Below, in pieces: positions 49,206-61,673 of a DNA stretch of 64,000 nucleotides. The stretch is from Nitrosopumilus sp. (GTDB lineage: Archaea; Thermoproteota; Nitrososphaeria; Nitrososphaerales; Nitrosopumilaceae), in contig OZ250186.1 of NCBI GenBank assembly GCA_965238275.1, forward strand, positions 1,088,001-1,152,000. The letters are read 5' to 3'. The notes under the pieces are model-generated. The model was given only the letters and a program-made list of their open reading frames with translations. It did not search any database and had not been told where the DNA came from. Each line of letters starts with the position of its first letter. Positions within the stretch are counted from its first letter, which is position 1. Both the position numbers and the translations under genes were made by a program.

Positions 49206-49564
49206 TCCTGCGGTTTGAGCATTTTTTGGTGCAAAAGCCGGCGGAAACCAACAACGGACTGTTGCTCATAGACATCAGCCAAAAGAACCTCGAATTAGAC
49301 ATCAGACGCGACCTACGGAAGGTGGTAAAAAACGGCAGCAACTGGCAGAGTATCGACCATGTCATTGAGCATACATCTTTGTAGAATCACGCATGCATAG
49401 TATAGGCCAGAACAATCCGCTCACTTTTGGCTAAATTAATCCTGCAATCATGCATCTCACCAGGCATGACGTGGCTAAAACCACGGCTTGCACGGAAATC
49501 AGGCTACAGGCAACCAGGGATCCGCATTATTCCATACGCAAGAGTAGATTTTTCACGCCAGTGG

Positions 49565-50146
49565 CTAATCTACCAGATAGCCCACGAGCCGGTTGCCCAT
49601 CTCTTTTTCAAGGATTGCCGTTATTGCCGCCTTTAGATCCTCCGGGGATTTGAAATACCTGCCTGCTAGTCTCTTCTTGAGATCCCTCCAGACGTTTTCG
49701 ATCTGGTTCAGCTGCGGCGTGCGGGGCGGGAGAAATTCCAGCTCGATATCGCCGCCCGTGCCGGCCACGTACTCGCTGACCGTGTGGGAATGGTGGTACG
49801 ACGCGTTGTCCAAGACCATGTAGAATTTCGGGTGGATCCTGCGCACATCTTCTAGTAATTCCTTGAACGTGTCCGAGTTTGCAGAATCTGCCATGCGGAC
49901 GTAGAGCGTGTCTTTGCCCATGACGCCAAGCAGACTGACGGTCTTTTTTGAAAAACCCCTCGGGATCGTGTCCCTGCCACCGGTGGGTCTCCACCCGTAG
50001 CCCGGTTCCTGCGACATGCCGACTGCGGCCTCGTCTTCGACGAATGTGGCGTACCCGTCCTTGCCCAGTTCCCTTGCCCTCCTGCCTGCCACTGCCTTGA
50101 ATTCCTCCTGCTCGCCTTCGGAGGCGGTCTTGGGCGGCACCAGGTC
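49565..50146 (-). pseudogene. IS630 transposase, catalytic half only
   Basis: VEDEAA, VLDNASYH and PQLNQIENVW motifs; HTH missing. Confidence 0.85.
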
Positions 50147-50474
50147 GGAAAACGAAGACAACCAGACGGGCAAGCGACAAAGGGCGCTAAAGAACATCGC
50201 GACAAAGTTCAGGTAGGCAGGGTTTACCGTGCTGTATACAGAGCTGGACGGTTCTGCAGGCACCCTATACCTGGAAAGCCTGACAATATCCGGGCACAAG
50301 TTGGTAGCCGGGCCACTATTGGAGAACAGAACTGCAAGCGACGGCTTCATCGGCGCAAGACCGGCTGATGCGGTTTACGTGAATGACGGAAGGCTTTACG
50401 CCCTGACAGAAAGGAAGTGCACGAGTGCAGAGGTGTTCCGCGACAGCCTGGGACTGGCTCCTGCGGTTTCTTAA
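50147..50474 (+). pseudogene. Gene fragment with an internal TAG
   Basis: KNIATKFR*AGFTVLYTELDG... reads in one frame. Confidence 0.4.
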
Positions 50475-50498
50475 TTTCTAACCCCTTATGCCTCCCCA

Positions 50499-51946
50499 TA
50501 GTAATCGGATTAAAGATCCGGAAAAGAGCGACCGTATACAATTGGTCAAACCGAAACACTAAGATCGGCGCCGTGCCCGGCACCCTCATGGATCGGTCGA
50601 AAAGGGTAAAACGCGGGGACGGGTTCCTCCCGGACATCGGCCTGCCCGAACTTGAGCAGCTGCACAGGGGGGAACCCCACGGAAAGACCAGAACCATGCT
50701 GCAGGCGGCCATGCGCCGAAAGAAAGGCGAGATCCTGGAGAGCATATCAAACGCCATCGGGGTGGCGATCAGCACCGTACACGACTGGCTGCTGCGGCTG
50801 GAGGAAGGCGGCCTGGAGCGCAGGCACGACCGCAAGAGCCCCGGCAGGCCGTGCCGCCTGTCCGATGAGCAGTGGGCGGCCCTTGACAGGGATGTCGACA
50901 AGGATCCCACGGAGAGCGGCTTTTTCCGCGATACGTGGACGGGCAGGCTCGTCGCCCGCCGCATCCTGAACGCGTTTGGGATCAGGTACAGCGACAGCGG
51001 CGCGCTCAAGCTGACGCGCAGGATGAATTTTTCAGTCAGGGGGGTTAGGCCCGTGCCGTACAACTCGGCCACGGCGAAGGATCTGGCGGAATATGTGGAG
51101 GAGACGGTCAGGCAGGTGAGGGAGTATGACAGGAACGGCTTCAAGATAGTATTCATCGATTTTGCCGGATTTGCCGACTCCCCCGCCTCCAGGCGCGGCA
51201 TACGGCGCAGGGGCGGCAGGGACACGGTCAAGACCAACTGCTCCAAGAAGACCGTCAAGGTCGCAGGAGCCCTTGGCAGGGGCACGCTGGACATACAGTT
51301 CCACGAGTCTGCCAACACGGGGAGCGCAAAGGCCCTTTTGGAGCACCTTCGGCGGAAGTACGGAAAAGTCTACGCAATAATGGACAACGCCGGAGCCCAC
51401 ACCAGCCAGGAGATGAACAGGTACATTGAGAGCACGAAAGGCGACGTGGTTCGGCGGTTTCTGCCCCCGCGCACACCGCAGCACAATTCCATCGAGGTGG
51501 AGTGGAGGGAGCTCAAGGGGGCACTGTCGGCAACCTTCTTTGGCGGATTCGACGAGCTGCAGAAGAGAATCAGACAGCTGCTGCGCAGCGGGGAGGTCGC
51601 CATAGCAAAACTGATCCATTATGTGTTTGAGGCCATCGGCCCCCAGAGGGGGCCATGGAAGAAGGCGCGGCGCATACCTGTGGAACCCCCAAACCGCACT
51701 GCCTGACCCGCCGGTCGTTGAATGCGTGATCGTACCCAGACACTCCGCATCCGAACGCCGCAACCTGCCGAGAGCCATGCCCTGAGCAGAAAATTCTACG
51801 GGAAGGATTGGACCTGCCGGAAATTATCGGGCAAGTTATCATTAGTGGTGCGGCAACCCGTGCCGGCATGCTCATGGGAGTGCACCGGGCTGCCATGGAT
51901 CTAAATCACGTGAGTGGGCTTTTCCGGATCTTTAATCCGATTACTA
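50499..51946 (+). mobile_element. IS630-family element; single-ORF transposase about 50588-51706
   Basis: Perfect TIR GTAATCGGATTAAAGATCCGGAAAAG flanked by TA; SPGRP, FIDFAG, IMDNAG and PQHNSIE motifs. Confidence 0.92.
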
Positions 51947-52232
51947 CCCACATATGCTTCCATGGAATGCATCATTTTCGAATACAAGTACGGCACCAAG
52001 ACATGCGATGGTTAGCGTCCGGGATCAAGCATTGTCTTTGTGCGACCGTACCATGATCTTGGCGATGCCAAAGCGCCGCCGGGCCAATGCATACGCCACG
52101 ACCGCGAACCACATGCAGAATCATTTGTCCCGCGTCGCCGTTCCAGAATTCTGACGCCTGCACGCACGCCTCGTTCAGGCCATGTAGCCACGCAAACACA
52201 CTGCTAAATACCCATCACGCGAAAGGCATCAC

Positions 52233-52916
52233 ATGCAATCATACGGAAAGGTGGACGCGTCTTGGGATGACGCAAGATTCCTAACTGTCATTGAAGACGT
52301 GCTTGAGATGGCCAAGGAAAACAAGAAGGCGTGTGCAGTATGCCAAGACAGTCACGGCAACGTCATGGCAACCGATGGCAGGATGAAGGATCCACATGTA
52401 TACGCATGCTGGACATACGCGTACAGGGACAAGAAATTGCAAGAGGACAAACTGGAACTGGTGGACAATGTAGAGTACCATGATTATTCGGTTGAACAGA
52501 TGGTTCCAAGGGTGCGCGACGCCCTGACAAAGGGAATAGTGGAGTACGGCGGATTGAGGTTCCTGTCAGAAGGGCGCCACCAGATAGGCGAGGCGGCCCA
52601 TTGCGCTGGTATCTTAGTCAGAATGCATCACGGGCCGTTCATCGTGGGCCTGACCGCTGCGGGCATAACAGTGGCACCGATGTCCGAAAGGTCGCGCTTC
52701 GTGGAGCAGGCCGCGTGCGTGGTGACCAGACACGGGTGCTGGAGCTTGGCTGACAGGATTCCGGACGGAGAGGCCTACCGTGATTTTAGATACAGGAAGC
52801 GGGACATCCAGAACGGCAAGGTCGTGTCAGACAGCCGTTCAATCATGGTGGATCCTGTGATGGCCGTCTACATATCCACGTTAGAATATGGGAAGCAAAA
52901 ACGCCAGAGTGCTTGA
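52233..52916 (+). CDS. Hypothetical protein, paralog of the IS-split gene 58003-60964
   Basis: Shared SYGK.DASWDDARF, MVPRVRD.LTKGIVEYG and RFVEQAACVVT blocks. Confidence 0.85.
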   Translation: MQSYGKVDASWDDARFLTVIEDVLEMAKENKKACAVCQDSHGNVMATDGRMKDPHVYACWTYAYRDKKLQEDKLELVDNVEYHDYSVEQMVPRVRDALTKGIVEYGGLRFLSEGRHQIGEAAHCAGILVRMHHGPFIVGLTAAGITVAPMSERSRFVEQAACVVTRHGCWSLADRIPDGEAYRDFRYRKRDIQNGKVVSDSRSIMVDPVMAVYISTLEYGKQKRQSA

Positions 52917-52961
52917 CAGTGCCAATATTTGGCACATGATGACGTTGCAGAACCCATCAGA

Positions 52962-53156
52962 TTAGATCTTTCGTTTCCCCCAGCTATGGCGGCATGAATT
53001 ACAGAACCAGCGATGCGGATCCTCCGGAATGCAGCATCCGCCAAGCGTTATCCTGCCCGAATCCACTTCCTTTTTCCAATCCCAGTCCGGACTGGGAAGC
53101 CCGTAGACAATCTCTGCCATGCTGGCGCTTCCGCACTCTGGGCATTTCCTGGTCAA
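52962..53156 (-). CDS. Zinc-ribbon microprotein (CPECGS...IVYGLP...GGC...CNSC)
   Basis: Motif pattern of a widespread small hypothetical family. Confidence 0.7.
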   Translation of the reverse strand: MTRKCPECGSASMAEIVYGLPSPDWDWKKEVDSGRITLGGCCIPEDPHRWFCNSCRHSWGKRKI

Positions 53157-53366
53157 CCATGTATGTCGTGGGTGCTTGGCAATAAGTCATCTGGATTGGT
53201 CGAATTCACAACCGCGTTAGTTTTCTGCAACCCACGAAGTTGTTGCACATTCACCACGATTGGGGAACCAGACAAATCCTCAAAATAAATTCCAGCGGCC
53301 GCACCGAGCTTGCGCATATAATTCCCAACTTGCCATTCACCATGTTGATATACTTGTTGCCATCAT

Positions 53367-54837
53367 CAGTAGTTGGAAATGTGTCTAATTGCACATGCCC
53401 AACAGTCTTTACCAAACCCATGATTAGCAACTAACTGTCCACAAATCCCGAAGATCATCACAATTGACTGTCCTGCGCACATTCCGTTGGCACCCCGGCA
53501 CCGGTTGCTGCATGTCCGCGCAGCCTTGCGGCCGGCACTTGCGTGTCAATGCGTCAAGAAACACAATTCACGTGGGTGGTTCGGCCAGGCCCAACTCTTT
53601 CATGAACCTGAGAAACAGCCTGAGCATCTTTATGAGCGTCATGTGCCTGCCGTGGAATGAGATCCGGAGCAGGTGGCGGACCAGCGCCCAGGCGTTGTAA
53701 ATGAATATCGGGAAGAACAGCAGCAGCATGCGCACCGACTCGTTCCTGCTCGTGGTGCGGGGCCTGAGGGACTCGTAGTTGCTGTACGCAGTCTCCACTC
53801 CCCAGCGGAGGCGGTACTGTTCTGCGAATCCGTGTGCGCCTGTCAGGCCGCCGCCAGACTCGAACCCCAGCACCTGCGGCACCGTGGCGTTGGTGGCAAG
53901 CGTAAAGTGGCCGTTCTTCCTCTTTTGGATTATCAGTGTAAACTCGGCAGTATCGCGTCCCGAATCTATGGAATGCCGCGACACCGCCTTCCTCCTGCCG
54001 TCTTTGAACTCCTCTACGGCTTTTTTGACGCCCTTGGTCTTGATTGCAGGCACCATGAACGGGATCCCTTCACGCTCCAGCATGTTAATGATGTCCACAG
54101 AAAAGAACTCCCGGTCTATCTTTAGTGACTTGATCATTATCCCCCGCCTTCTGCAGTCTGCTATCAGTCCTGAGACCACCTCGAGGTCTGTATCTCCCCT
54201 TCTGACCAGCCGGGCTGCCAGAAACGCCCTGGAGTCTGCCACGATGCAGTTTGCAGTCGCCAGGCAGTTAAAGTTGTACGTTCCCTTTTTTGGTTTTGAC
54301 TTTATGGTGTTGACGATCCTCCGGAACCTGTCGTACCTGCAGACCAGGTGTTTGTCGATTGCAATGTCCACCGGCTCCCTGAACATGCCGTGCCGCCTCA
54401 TCCTGCGCACGGTGCGGTCTGTCACCGCCTGGCACCGCTTTAACATGTAGTCGTACCGGATATGGCGTATCCTGTCAAGCAGCCACCTGCCCGTGGGAAT
54501 GCCCGTCCCGCCGTCCGGGTCGCTGGACCATGCAGTCTCTGCGTATTCGGTGTGCCTGCACATGCCAAACAAGCGTTCAAAAAAGTGGACCGGTCCGTAC
54601 AGGGCGTTGTACCTGTCTGAGAACTTGATCTGCAACAGGGAAAACAGTACGGGACCGATGATCTTATATGCAGATTCGGCGGACTGTATTTGGAGTGATT
54701 GCTTGTTTTTCATTTGAACGTGTAAGACTCGCGCGCTCCATTTTTAACACCCAGAGTCTAATAATGGCGAACGCCTAGTGATCATAAGGAACGCGGCAAG
54801 ATTAGGTGATCCTAAAAAAACACATTTCCATCTACTG
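53367..54837 (-). mobile_element. ISH3-family (IS4-like) element; transposase 53568-54713
   Basis: TIR CAGTAG(T/A)TGGAAATGTGT; 5-bp TSD ATCAT; IAID, IDREFFS and YRLRWGVETAY motifs. Confidence 0.92.
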
Positions 54838-54850
54838 ATCATGCGGCATC

Positions 54851-57838
54851 ATGGAATTAGACAAGGAACAGGTCGAGGCCGTGTCGTATGGCGGCAGGCA
54901 CTTGCTAGTGAGGGCAGGTCCGGGTTCAGGCAAGACGGCAGTCATAACCAAACGTGCCAAAGAGTTGGCATCAGGCGGTTTACCACACGAGTCCATACTC
55001 TGTATGACGTTCACAGAAAAAGCTGCAGGCGAGATGCGCGATCGCCTGCTGGAATTGGGGATCGATGACATCTGGGTCGGCACGATGCATTCCCTCTGCT
55101 TGGAAATCCTCAAAGAACACGGGGGCTCCACTGGAATAACGGACAAAACTGGAATTATGGGGGAGATCTCCGGAAATGTCTGGTGCATCCGTAACGTTGA
55201 CAGGTTTGGCTTGGATCCTGATATAGTCAAGATGCCCACGAACCCGCTGAACAAATGCAAAGCAATGATGGGTGCCGTACGCATGGCAAAGCGTGAAATG
55301 ATCACAGTAGACGATTTGGGGAGATATTCGTCTTCTGAAGCGCAAGATGCCGCCGGAAAGAAAAAACGCGGCATCATGGGCGAGCTCGCGAAGGTGTATC
55401 GCGCCTATGACGCGTACAAGAAGAAAAACGACATGATCGACTATGACGACATGGTGAGCATGGTAGTGGACTTTCTGGGACGCGACGAAGCGGCACTGGA
55501 AATGTACCGCAACAAGATCAGGCATGTGCTGGTGGACGAATTCCAAGACAACAACTACGCCCAGTTCGAGCTGGCAAGGATACTCGCCAGCAATGGGGAT
55601 ATCACGGCAGTCGGGGATGAGAACCAATCCATCATGGGATTTCAAGGTGCGTTTGGCGGAATATTTGACGAGTTCAGCGGGGAATATGCAGACGGCGAAG
55701 AGATTACGCTGAGCAACAATTATCGGTGCACAGGCCACGTGACCCGCGTATCCAAACGCTTACTCGACGATCAAGAACAACCAACAGGGCGTCCAGAAAA
55801 ATCCGACGGCGACGTAGTGGACATCGTGGAGGCGTCAGACGAGGCGGCCGAACTAAACTTTGTCGCCGACACCATATCCGGTTCGGACACGCCATACGGC
55901 AAAGTGGCCATATTGTGCAGCACCAACAATCTCTGTCAAAGGTTCGCCGCGGCACTACGCGCCCGCGACATTCCCGTATCTGTGGCAAATTCTGGTTCGA
56001 CGACTAACAGGGATGGCGTCGAGATCATGGCGTTACTCCGCGTAGCCGATTCGCCCGAGACGACAGGCAAGTATATCGGGCACTTGTTAAGAATGCGGGG
56101 CATACGTGAATACAACGTGAAAGCCATAATGGCCAAGGCGCGAGAGACGCGCGACAGGCGCCAAGTTTCTGACTGCGTGTACCAGACGATCTTGAATCAT
56201 TCGGGTTCCGATCAGGACGTTGAGATACGGGACATTGCTGACAATCTAGCCAAATTGGCCAGAGAAGCAAGGTCTACGCCGCTCCAAAAACTACTGCACG
56301 ACATGATGGGGCGGCATTCGGATGTCTACAAAAGGCATGCCTGCGGCGAGGGGTCGCCGGAAGATCTAGCCTGGATCCAGAACATGCACAAAATGGCCTT
56401 GGACTACTCCAAGCACTACCCCGACGAGCGGTTGTCGGATTTTATCGACTATGCCACGGTTGTAGACGACATGGCAATTCCAGAATGGTCAGAGAGCAAC
56501 GCCAGGGAACCCGACTCGGTGAAGGTCATGACGGTGCACAAGAGCAAGGGCATGGAATTCCATACGGTGTTCGTGACCGGGCTGAATGAAGGTTTTCTGA
56601 AAGGCGCCAGAAGCGGGAGGGATTTTGAGATGCCGGCAGAATTGCTCAAGGGCACCGGCCGCCCAAGCGACCACGCAGAAGCCAAGGCGATAGAGCGCAG
56701 GAATGGCTTGTATGTTGCCATGACGCGAGCAGAAAGCAGACTGTACCTGACGTATACTTGCAATTCTAATGGCCGCAATAGCAAGAAGATATTTAGCTTG
56801 CTCGATGGCTTGGCGGGCAACGATGATCCCGACATCCGCCAATATGGACATTCGTATGATGTGCCGCCGGCGGCTGTGGCGCAAGACGCGTTAGACATGG
56901 AAATGGGCCGCGTGCAAGAAGACGCGTGTAAGGCCGTGCGCGAATCTCGCCACGGGACGGCGGCAAAATTGGTGGCGCGCTTGGCAAGGATCGAGCATGT
57001 CCGCGTGCACGGGAACCTGGACGGATTCGATCCACATCCCATCTTGGACGCATGCATTGAGGACGGCCCGCCGATCCCTTTGCCTGACGCAAAACTAGTA
57101 AATGAAGACACGCTGTCGCTGTCTCCCAGCAAAATTGCCGACTACCAAAGGTGTCCGCTCATGTACATGTACGCACACGTGATTGGCTTGCCGGGCGGGC
57201 CGTCAATTTATCTCAGCAAGGGCGGGGCGGTGCATGCGGCACTAGAATACATCGGAAAGGCAAGGATGAACGGACGCGTTCCCGATGTCGCCGAGGCGGT
57301 AAAAGTGGCCAAAGATCGACTCAAGACGGATCGCGCCGCGTTCGCCGTGCGGGAGTATGATGCCGTCGAAGCATCGTTGGAAAAAATAGTCCGGGATTCG
57401 GCTGAATGGGATGCCAAATCGTCTAATACGGTGCTCGACGTCGAGTGCAAGATAGGCATCGTTCTTGACGACATACCATACCACGGAAAAATCGACAGGA
57501 TTGAAAAGAACGCGTCGGGCGGATACGAGGTAATCGACTTCAAAACCGGCAAGACTCCCCTTGGCATTTCAGAGATTCCGCTGAACCCGCAGCTCAATAT
57601 TTACTCCAAGGCAATGGAAGAAAAATACGAGTCGCTGCCATCCAAAGCATCTTTGGTATACGTGGAAAAGCTCACGAGCAAGCGCGAGTGCATTTTCACG
57701 CAGAACGCATTGAAGGAAGGCCTGGAAAAAGTAAAGGAGGCTGCACGGAGCATTATCGAAGAACAGTTTGATGCTACGCCGGGCCACCATTGTGGGCAAT
57801 GTTCATACAAGGACTTTTGCCCGGACGCCAAAAAATGA
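54851..57838 (+). CDS. UvrD/PcrA-family helicase fused to a PD-(D/E)xK nuclease with an Fe-S-type Cys set
   Basis: AGPGSGKT, VDEFQD, VGDENQSI, TVHKSKGMEF and YVAMTRA; GKIDRIE..IDFKTG, QLNIY, and QRCP...CGQCSYKDFC. Confidence 0.93.
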   Translation: MELDKEQVEAVSYGGRHLLVRAGPGSGKTAVITKRAKELASGGLPHESILCMTFTEKAAGEMRDRLLELGIDDIWVGTMHSLCLEILKEHGGSTGITDKTGIMGEISGNVWCIRNVDRFGLDPDIVKMPTNPLNKCKAMMGAVRMAKREMITVDDLGRYSSSEAQDAAGKKKRGIMGELAKVYRAYDAYKKKNDMIDYDDMVSMVVDFLGRDEAALEMYRNKIRHVLVDEFQDNNYAQFELARILASNGDITAVGDENQSIMGFQGAFGGIFDEFSGEYADGEEITLSNNYRCTGHVTRVSKRLLDDQEQPTGRPEKSDGDVVDIVEASDEAAELNFVADTISGSDTPYGKVAILCSTNNLCQRFAAALRARDIPVSVANSGSTTNRDGVEIMALLRVADSPETTGKYIGHLLRMRGIREYNVKAIMAKARETRDRRQVSDCVYQTILNHSGSDQDVEIRDIADNLAKLAREARSTPLQKLLHDMMGRHSDVYKRHACGEGSPEDLAWIQNMHKMALDYSKHYPDERLSDFIDYATVVDDMAIPEWSESNAREPDSVKVMTVHKSKGMEFHTVFVTGLNEGFLKGARSGRDFEMPAELLKGTGRPSDHAEAKAIERRNGLYVAMTRAESRLYLTYTCNSNGRNSKKIFSLLDGLAGNDDPDIRQYGHSYDVPPAAVAQDALDMEMGRVQEDACKAVRESRHGTAAKLVARLARIEHVRVHGNLDGFDPHPILDACIEDGPPIPLPDAKLVNEDTLSLSPSKIADYQRCPLMYMYAHVIGLPGGPSIYLSKGGAVHAALEYIGKARMNGRVPDVAEAVKVAKDRLKTDRAAFAVREYDAVEASLEKIVRDSAEWDAKSSNTVLDVECKIGIVLDDIPYHGKIDRIEKNASGGYEVIDFKTGKTPLGISEIPLNPQLNIYSKAMEEKYESLPSKASLVYVEKLTSKRECIFTQNALKEGLEKVKEAARSIIEEQFDATPGHHCGQCSYKDFCPDAKK

Positions 57839-58002
57839 GGCATGCCGTGCCAGGCGGCGGTTCGGCAGCAGCTTTGGGACTTGCAGAAGTGGCGGCAATG
57901 ACGCATGTGGCTTTACTGCACATGCCCAAATTGCAGGGGCCTGCAGCGCTGGCCGGACAGGTGCCACGGCGTTTAAAGCATCCACGGGTGAAACACTGCG
58001 GC

Positions 58003-60964
58003 ATGAAGTCATACGGAAAACCGGACGCGTCCTGGGACGATGCAAGATTCCGGATCATGATAGAAGAGGTAAGAGGTCGCCTTTGCGAAGCGATTCCGTG
58101 CCTGATCTGTTCCGATTAATTACCAACTGAGCTACGTTTTTGACCATAAATACCCGATTAATTGCACGTTATCAACACGGTCCTCAGGCAGGGCGGTTTT
58201 CGGATCAAGGCTCTTCCGGTTGGATCTTTTGCGCCGCATTTTCCGGCAGGCGCTGCGTGCCCAAAAGCTTTATGGATCATGCCTTCCCGTGTTATGGCGT
58301 GGCGCCTGTAATCGACCTGGAAAAGATTGACTGGAACTCCGTAACCGACACCAAGTCCCTCTTCGAATCCGTCTTGGACATGCTCAAATCCAAGGACGAG
58401 GAGAGCATGGCACTGAGAAAAGACATCGAGCAGCTGAAGGAGGAGGCAGAGGCCTTCTCAGGGGAACACGCGATGCTGACGGAGATGGATGCCAGGATCA
58501 AACTGCTGGAAGAAGAGAACGTGCAAAAGGACTCCGAGATAGAACAAAAGGACTCCGAGATAGAGAAACTGAGGGCAGAGAATGCCGCCCTCCTGCAGGG
58601 ATGCGACGTCTCGCAGGCAGTCATGGACAGGATAGCCCGCCTGGAACGGCAGGCATCAGAGCATGCCTCTCAGTTAAGGGAGGCGCGCGCGGCCAACTCG
58701 GCGCTGGCAGCCGAGAATCTGGGCATCAAAAGCCGCCGCTCCCAGAAGCGGCTCCGGGAATCACCCGGGCCTGCACCAGACCCGTTCAGGAAGGTCGTCT
58801 GCCTGCGCACCGGCCGTGATCCTCCCCCGATATCCGAAAAAAAGCTAGTCGACATGCCCGCCTGCCCGCACGGCCATGCCCTCTCGAAGGAGCCCACCGA
58901 GGTGACCATCCGGGTAGTCGAGGAGATTATCGACGGGAAGCTGACCGGCATCCAGTATACCGTCGTCCGCAGGTACTGCAGGGAATGCGGCAGGCAGTTT
59001 GCCCCCGAGATCCCGGGGGTCGTCCCCGGTGGACGGTTCGGCGCCAGCCTGACGTGCCTTGAGACGACGATGAGGATGTACAACATTCCCTACGAACCCA
59101 TCCGCAAGCTGATCAACATAATCTACCACACGGACCTTGCAAAGTCGACTGTCATCGGCCACGTGGATGCCGTGACAGGATCCCTCCACCCGCTCTACGA
59201 GGAGATGCTCGAGGAGATATTCTTCTCAGAGCATGTCTTCGGGGACGAGACCAGCTGGAGGGTAGCCGGTGTGCTGTACTGGCTGTGGATACTAGTCGGT
59301 GACAGCTCGACTGTCTTTTACGTGGACAAGCGCCGGGGAGGAGACGTGCTGGAGACCCTGCTTGGGGGGTACGCAGGCCACGTCACCTCTGATTCACACT
59401 CCGCGTGGAACCGCATCGGCAGGACCCACCAAAAGTGCCACTACCACTACCTCCGCGAGATCATCCGCACCCTGACCATGAAAAACCCGGGGCCAGAATT
59501 CAAAAAGTTTGCCAAGGCCCTAAAGGGGATAATCATCGATTCCTGGCACGCAGAGAAGGGACTCAACCCGAACGACGATGCGGCCGCGCGAAACCTCAAG
59601 GTGCGCAACCTCCTGGCCCGGGTGAGGCGCCTGATGTCTGGCAGCTACACCGAACCCCACTGCAAGCGGTTTGTCAAGCGGCTGCGGCGCGAGATCATCC
59701 ACCTGTTCCCATTCATCCGCCTCAGCACAAAGTGCCATAACAACGATGCCGAGCGCCCCCTGCGGCCCAGCGTCGCATCCCGGAAGGTCTCAGGCGGCAG
59801 CAAGAGCCTTGCCGGCGCATACAACCACGCCGTCCTGGCCAGCATCCGCGAGACGTGCAGGATGCGCGGCGTCAACCCGCACGACTTTTTGGTCGACTAC
59901 ATGCGAGGCATGGTCGAAAAAATACCGGCAGCAGCAGCAGCGGCAGCAACGGTATAAATCCTGCAAAATCCATCCATGGCTGCCCTGCATGTCCTGCGCG
60001 ACCCCCACAGCACCGGTTGCCTGACACATGTCAGGCCGCCGTGCCGGCCCGCCACCCGATTCGGGCACAACGCACCACGCCCGACAGCACCAAAAAAGGC
60101 CCACTTCGCAAGTCCGATCACCGGATCGGCCAAAATGCAGCTCAGCCGAGCCTCATCCCCGCCCGGAAAAAACCCTGAATAATGCCAATTAAATGGGCAT
60201 TTATGGCCGAAAACGTAGCTCAGTTGGTAATTAATCGGGGCAGATCAGGCACGAAATCGCTTCGCAAAGGCGACCTCTTACTAGAAGAGGCACTCCGAAT
60301 GGCCAAAAAACACGAAAAGACGTTTGTCGTATGCCAAGACATGAACGGCAATGCCATGGTGGCAGAATTCAAACGTGATGATCCCTGCGTGCACGCATGC
60401 CGGGCAAGCGCGCACAAGGGCAATGAGCCTTCGGAATGCGAGGTAAACTTGGCGGATAACGTGGAGTGGAGCCAGTACACAGTAGACGAGATGGTCCCCA
60501 GGGTGCGCGACGTCCTGACGAAGGGAATAGTGGAGTACGGTCCCTTGGGGTTCCTGTCCGAAGGTCGAATACAGATAGGCGTGGCCCTCGAATGCGCGGA
60601 GAGGTTGAGCGACATTCATCACGAACCGTTCATTGTGGGTTTAACCGTATATGACGCAACGGGTACACTGCTGTCTGATCTACGACATGCAAGTGGAATA
60701 AGGCATTCCCCGGATGACATAATGGTAACGCCGCTGTCCGAAAGGGATCGCTTCGTGGAGCAGGCGGCATGCGTGGTGACTGGGCACGAATGCTGGAGCC
60801 TGCCTGACAAGCTTCCTGATACACGGGAGTATCGGCATTGGGGGATAGACGTGCCTGACAGCCTGGAAGACACGATCGTGTCGGACCTGCGCTCAATAAG
60901 ACTGTTAGATCCGGCAGGGATCATCTACAAATCCACATTGGAGCACTGGAGGCAGGAGCGCTAG
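58003..60964 (+). pseudogene. Hypothetical gene interrupted by IS66; paralog of 52233-52916
   Basis: MKSYGKPDASWDDARFRIMIEE joins ALRMAKKHEK after removing the IS and one TSD. Confidence 0.88.
58069..60281 (+). mobile_element. IS66-family long-TIR element, copy 2; transposase ends at 59957
   Basis: 8-bp TSD TAGAAGAG; near-identical to 13887-16160 except for the left end and a 63-bp in-frame indel. Confidence 0.94.
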
Positions 60965-61108
60965 AATGCATGAGCGCCGATTTGCATGCGTCAGTTTAAC
61001 AACAGTATCTCAAACATGATGCCCGCCATCTGGATTCGTGGCCTGCCTTGAGGCGCGCCGCGCGCAACACCTCATACAGGTTATATGCCGCGTGCGAGAC
61101 TTCTTTCC

Positions 61109-61570
61109 ATGGCACTGCAACTTTTCCAGATGACTCCGACCGGGATCCGCCTGCAGAGCCGCTGGTTTGAAGAGTCAAAGGCGGCTGGTACCCAAGACCA
61201 GGAACAAAAAATAACGGAGCACGGCATGGTATACTTCAAGCAGGACGGGGAAACACAGGTGAAAGAAGAGCCCGCCGATTTTCCCAAGGCAAAATCAGAG
61301 ATCGAGTCATTGGGTCACGGGGAATACAACCACTATATCGGATTCATAAACCAAAAGACCCGTGAGCTGCTTCAATTTGCAAGGTACGAGGCTGATGGCT
61401 GGTACGCGGACGTGCCGATCGGAGGCCGCCGCAAGGATTGGGCCGGCTATGTCTGGGGGTGCAGGACGAACACGGAGTCAGTCGTCTCCGTGTCCAAGCT
61501 ATTCATCGAAGAGATGCCCTGGTTTGACACGCTTCCGTTCACGATGCGGCGGGTCCGCCAAGATTCATGA
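61109..61570 (+). CDS. Hypothetical protein, tandem paralog 1
   Basis: IGFIN...WYADVP...WAGYVW...LFIEEMPWF..L.F.M; TTATAT upstream. Confidence 0.75.
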   Translation: MALQLFQMTPTGIRLQSRWFEESKAAGTQDQEQKITEHGMVYFKQDGETQVKEEPADFPKAKSEIESLGHGEYNHYIGFINQKTRELLQFARYEADGWYADVPIGGRRKDWAGYVWGCRTNTESVVSVSKLFIEEMPWFDTLPFTMRRVRQDS

Positions 61571-61673
61571 TGCACGGGCCTCAGGCTTATGGGCAGCTGC
61601 AGCCTGCCGACAACTTCAACCCAAAACAACAAAACACTTACACCCGCATCAGCCAGACATTACGCAGATAAAC

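Noticed and set aside
57100-57838. Cas4 or a CRISPR-Cas locus
   Set aside because: The Cas4-like domain is fused to UvrD as in AddB/AdnB-type enzymes; there is no array or other cas gene.
60182-60281. N-terminal extensions of ORFs 60182-60964 and 12974-13645 sharing ENVAQLVINRG
   Set aside because: Both are translations of the IS66 TIR, not a protein domain.
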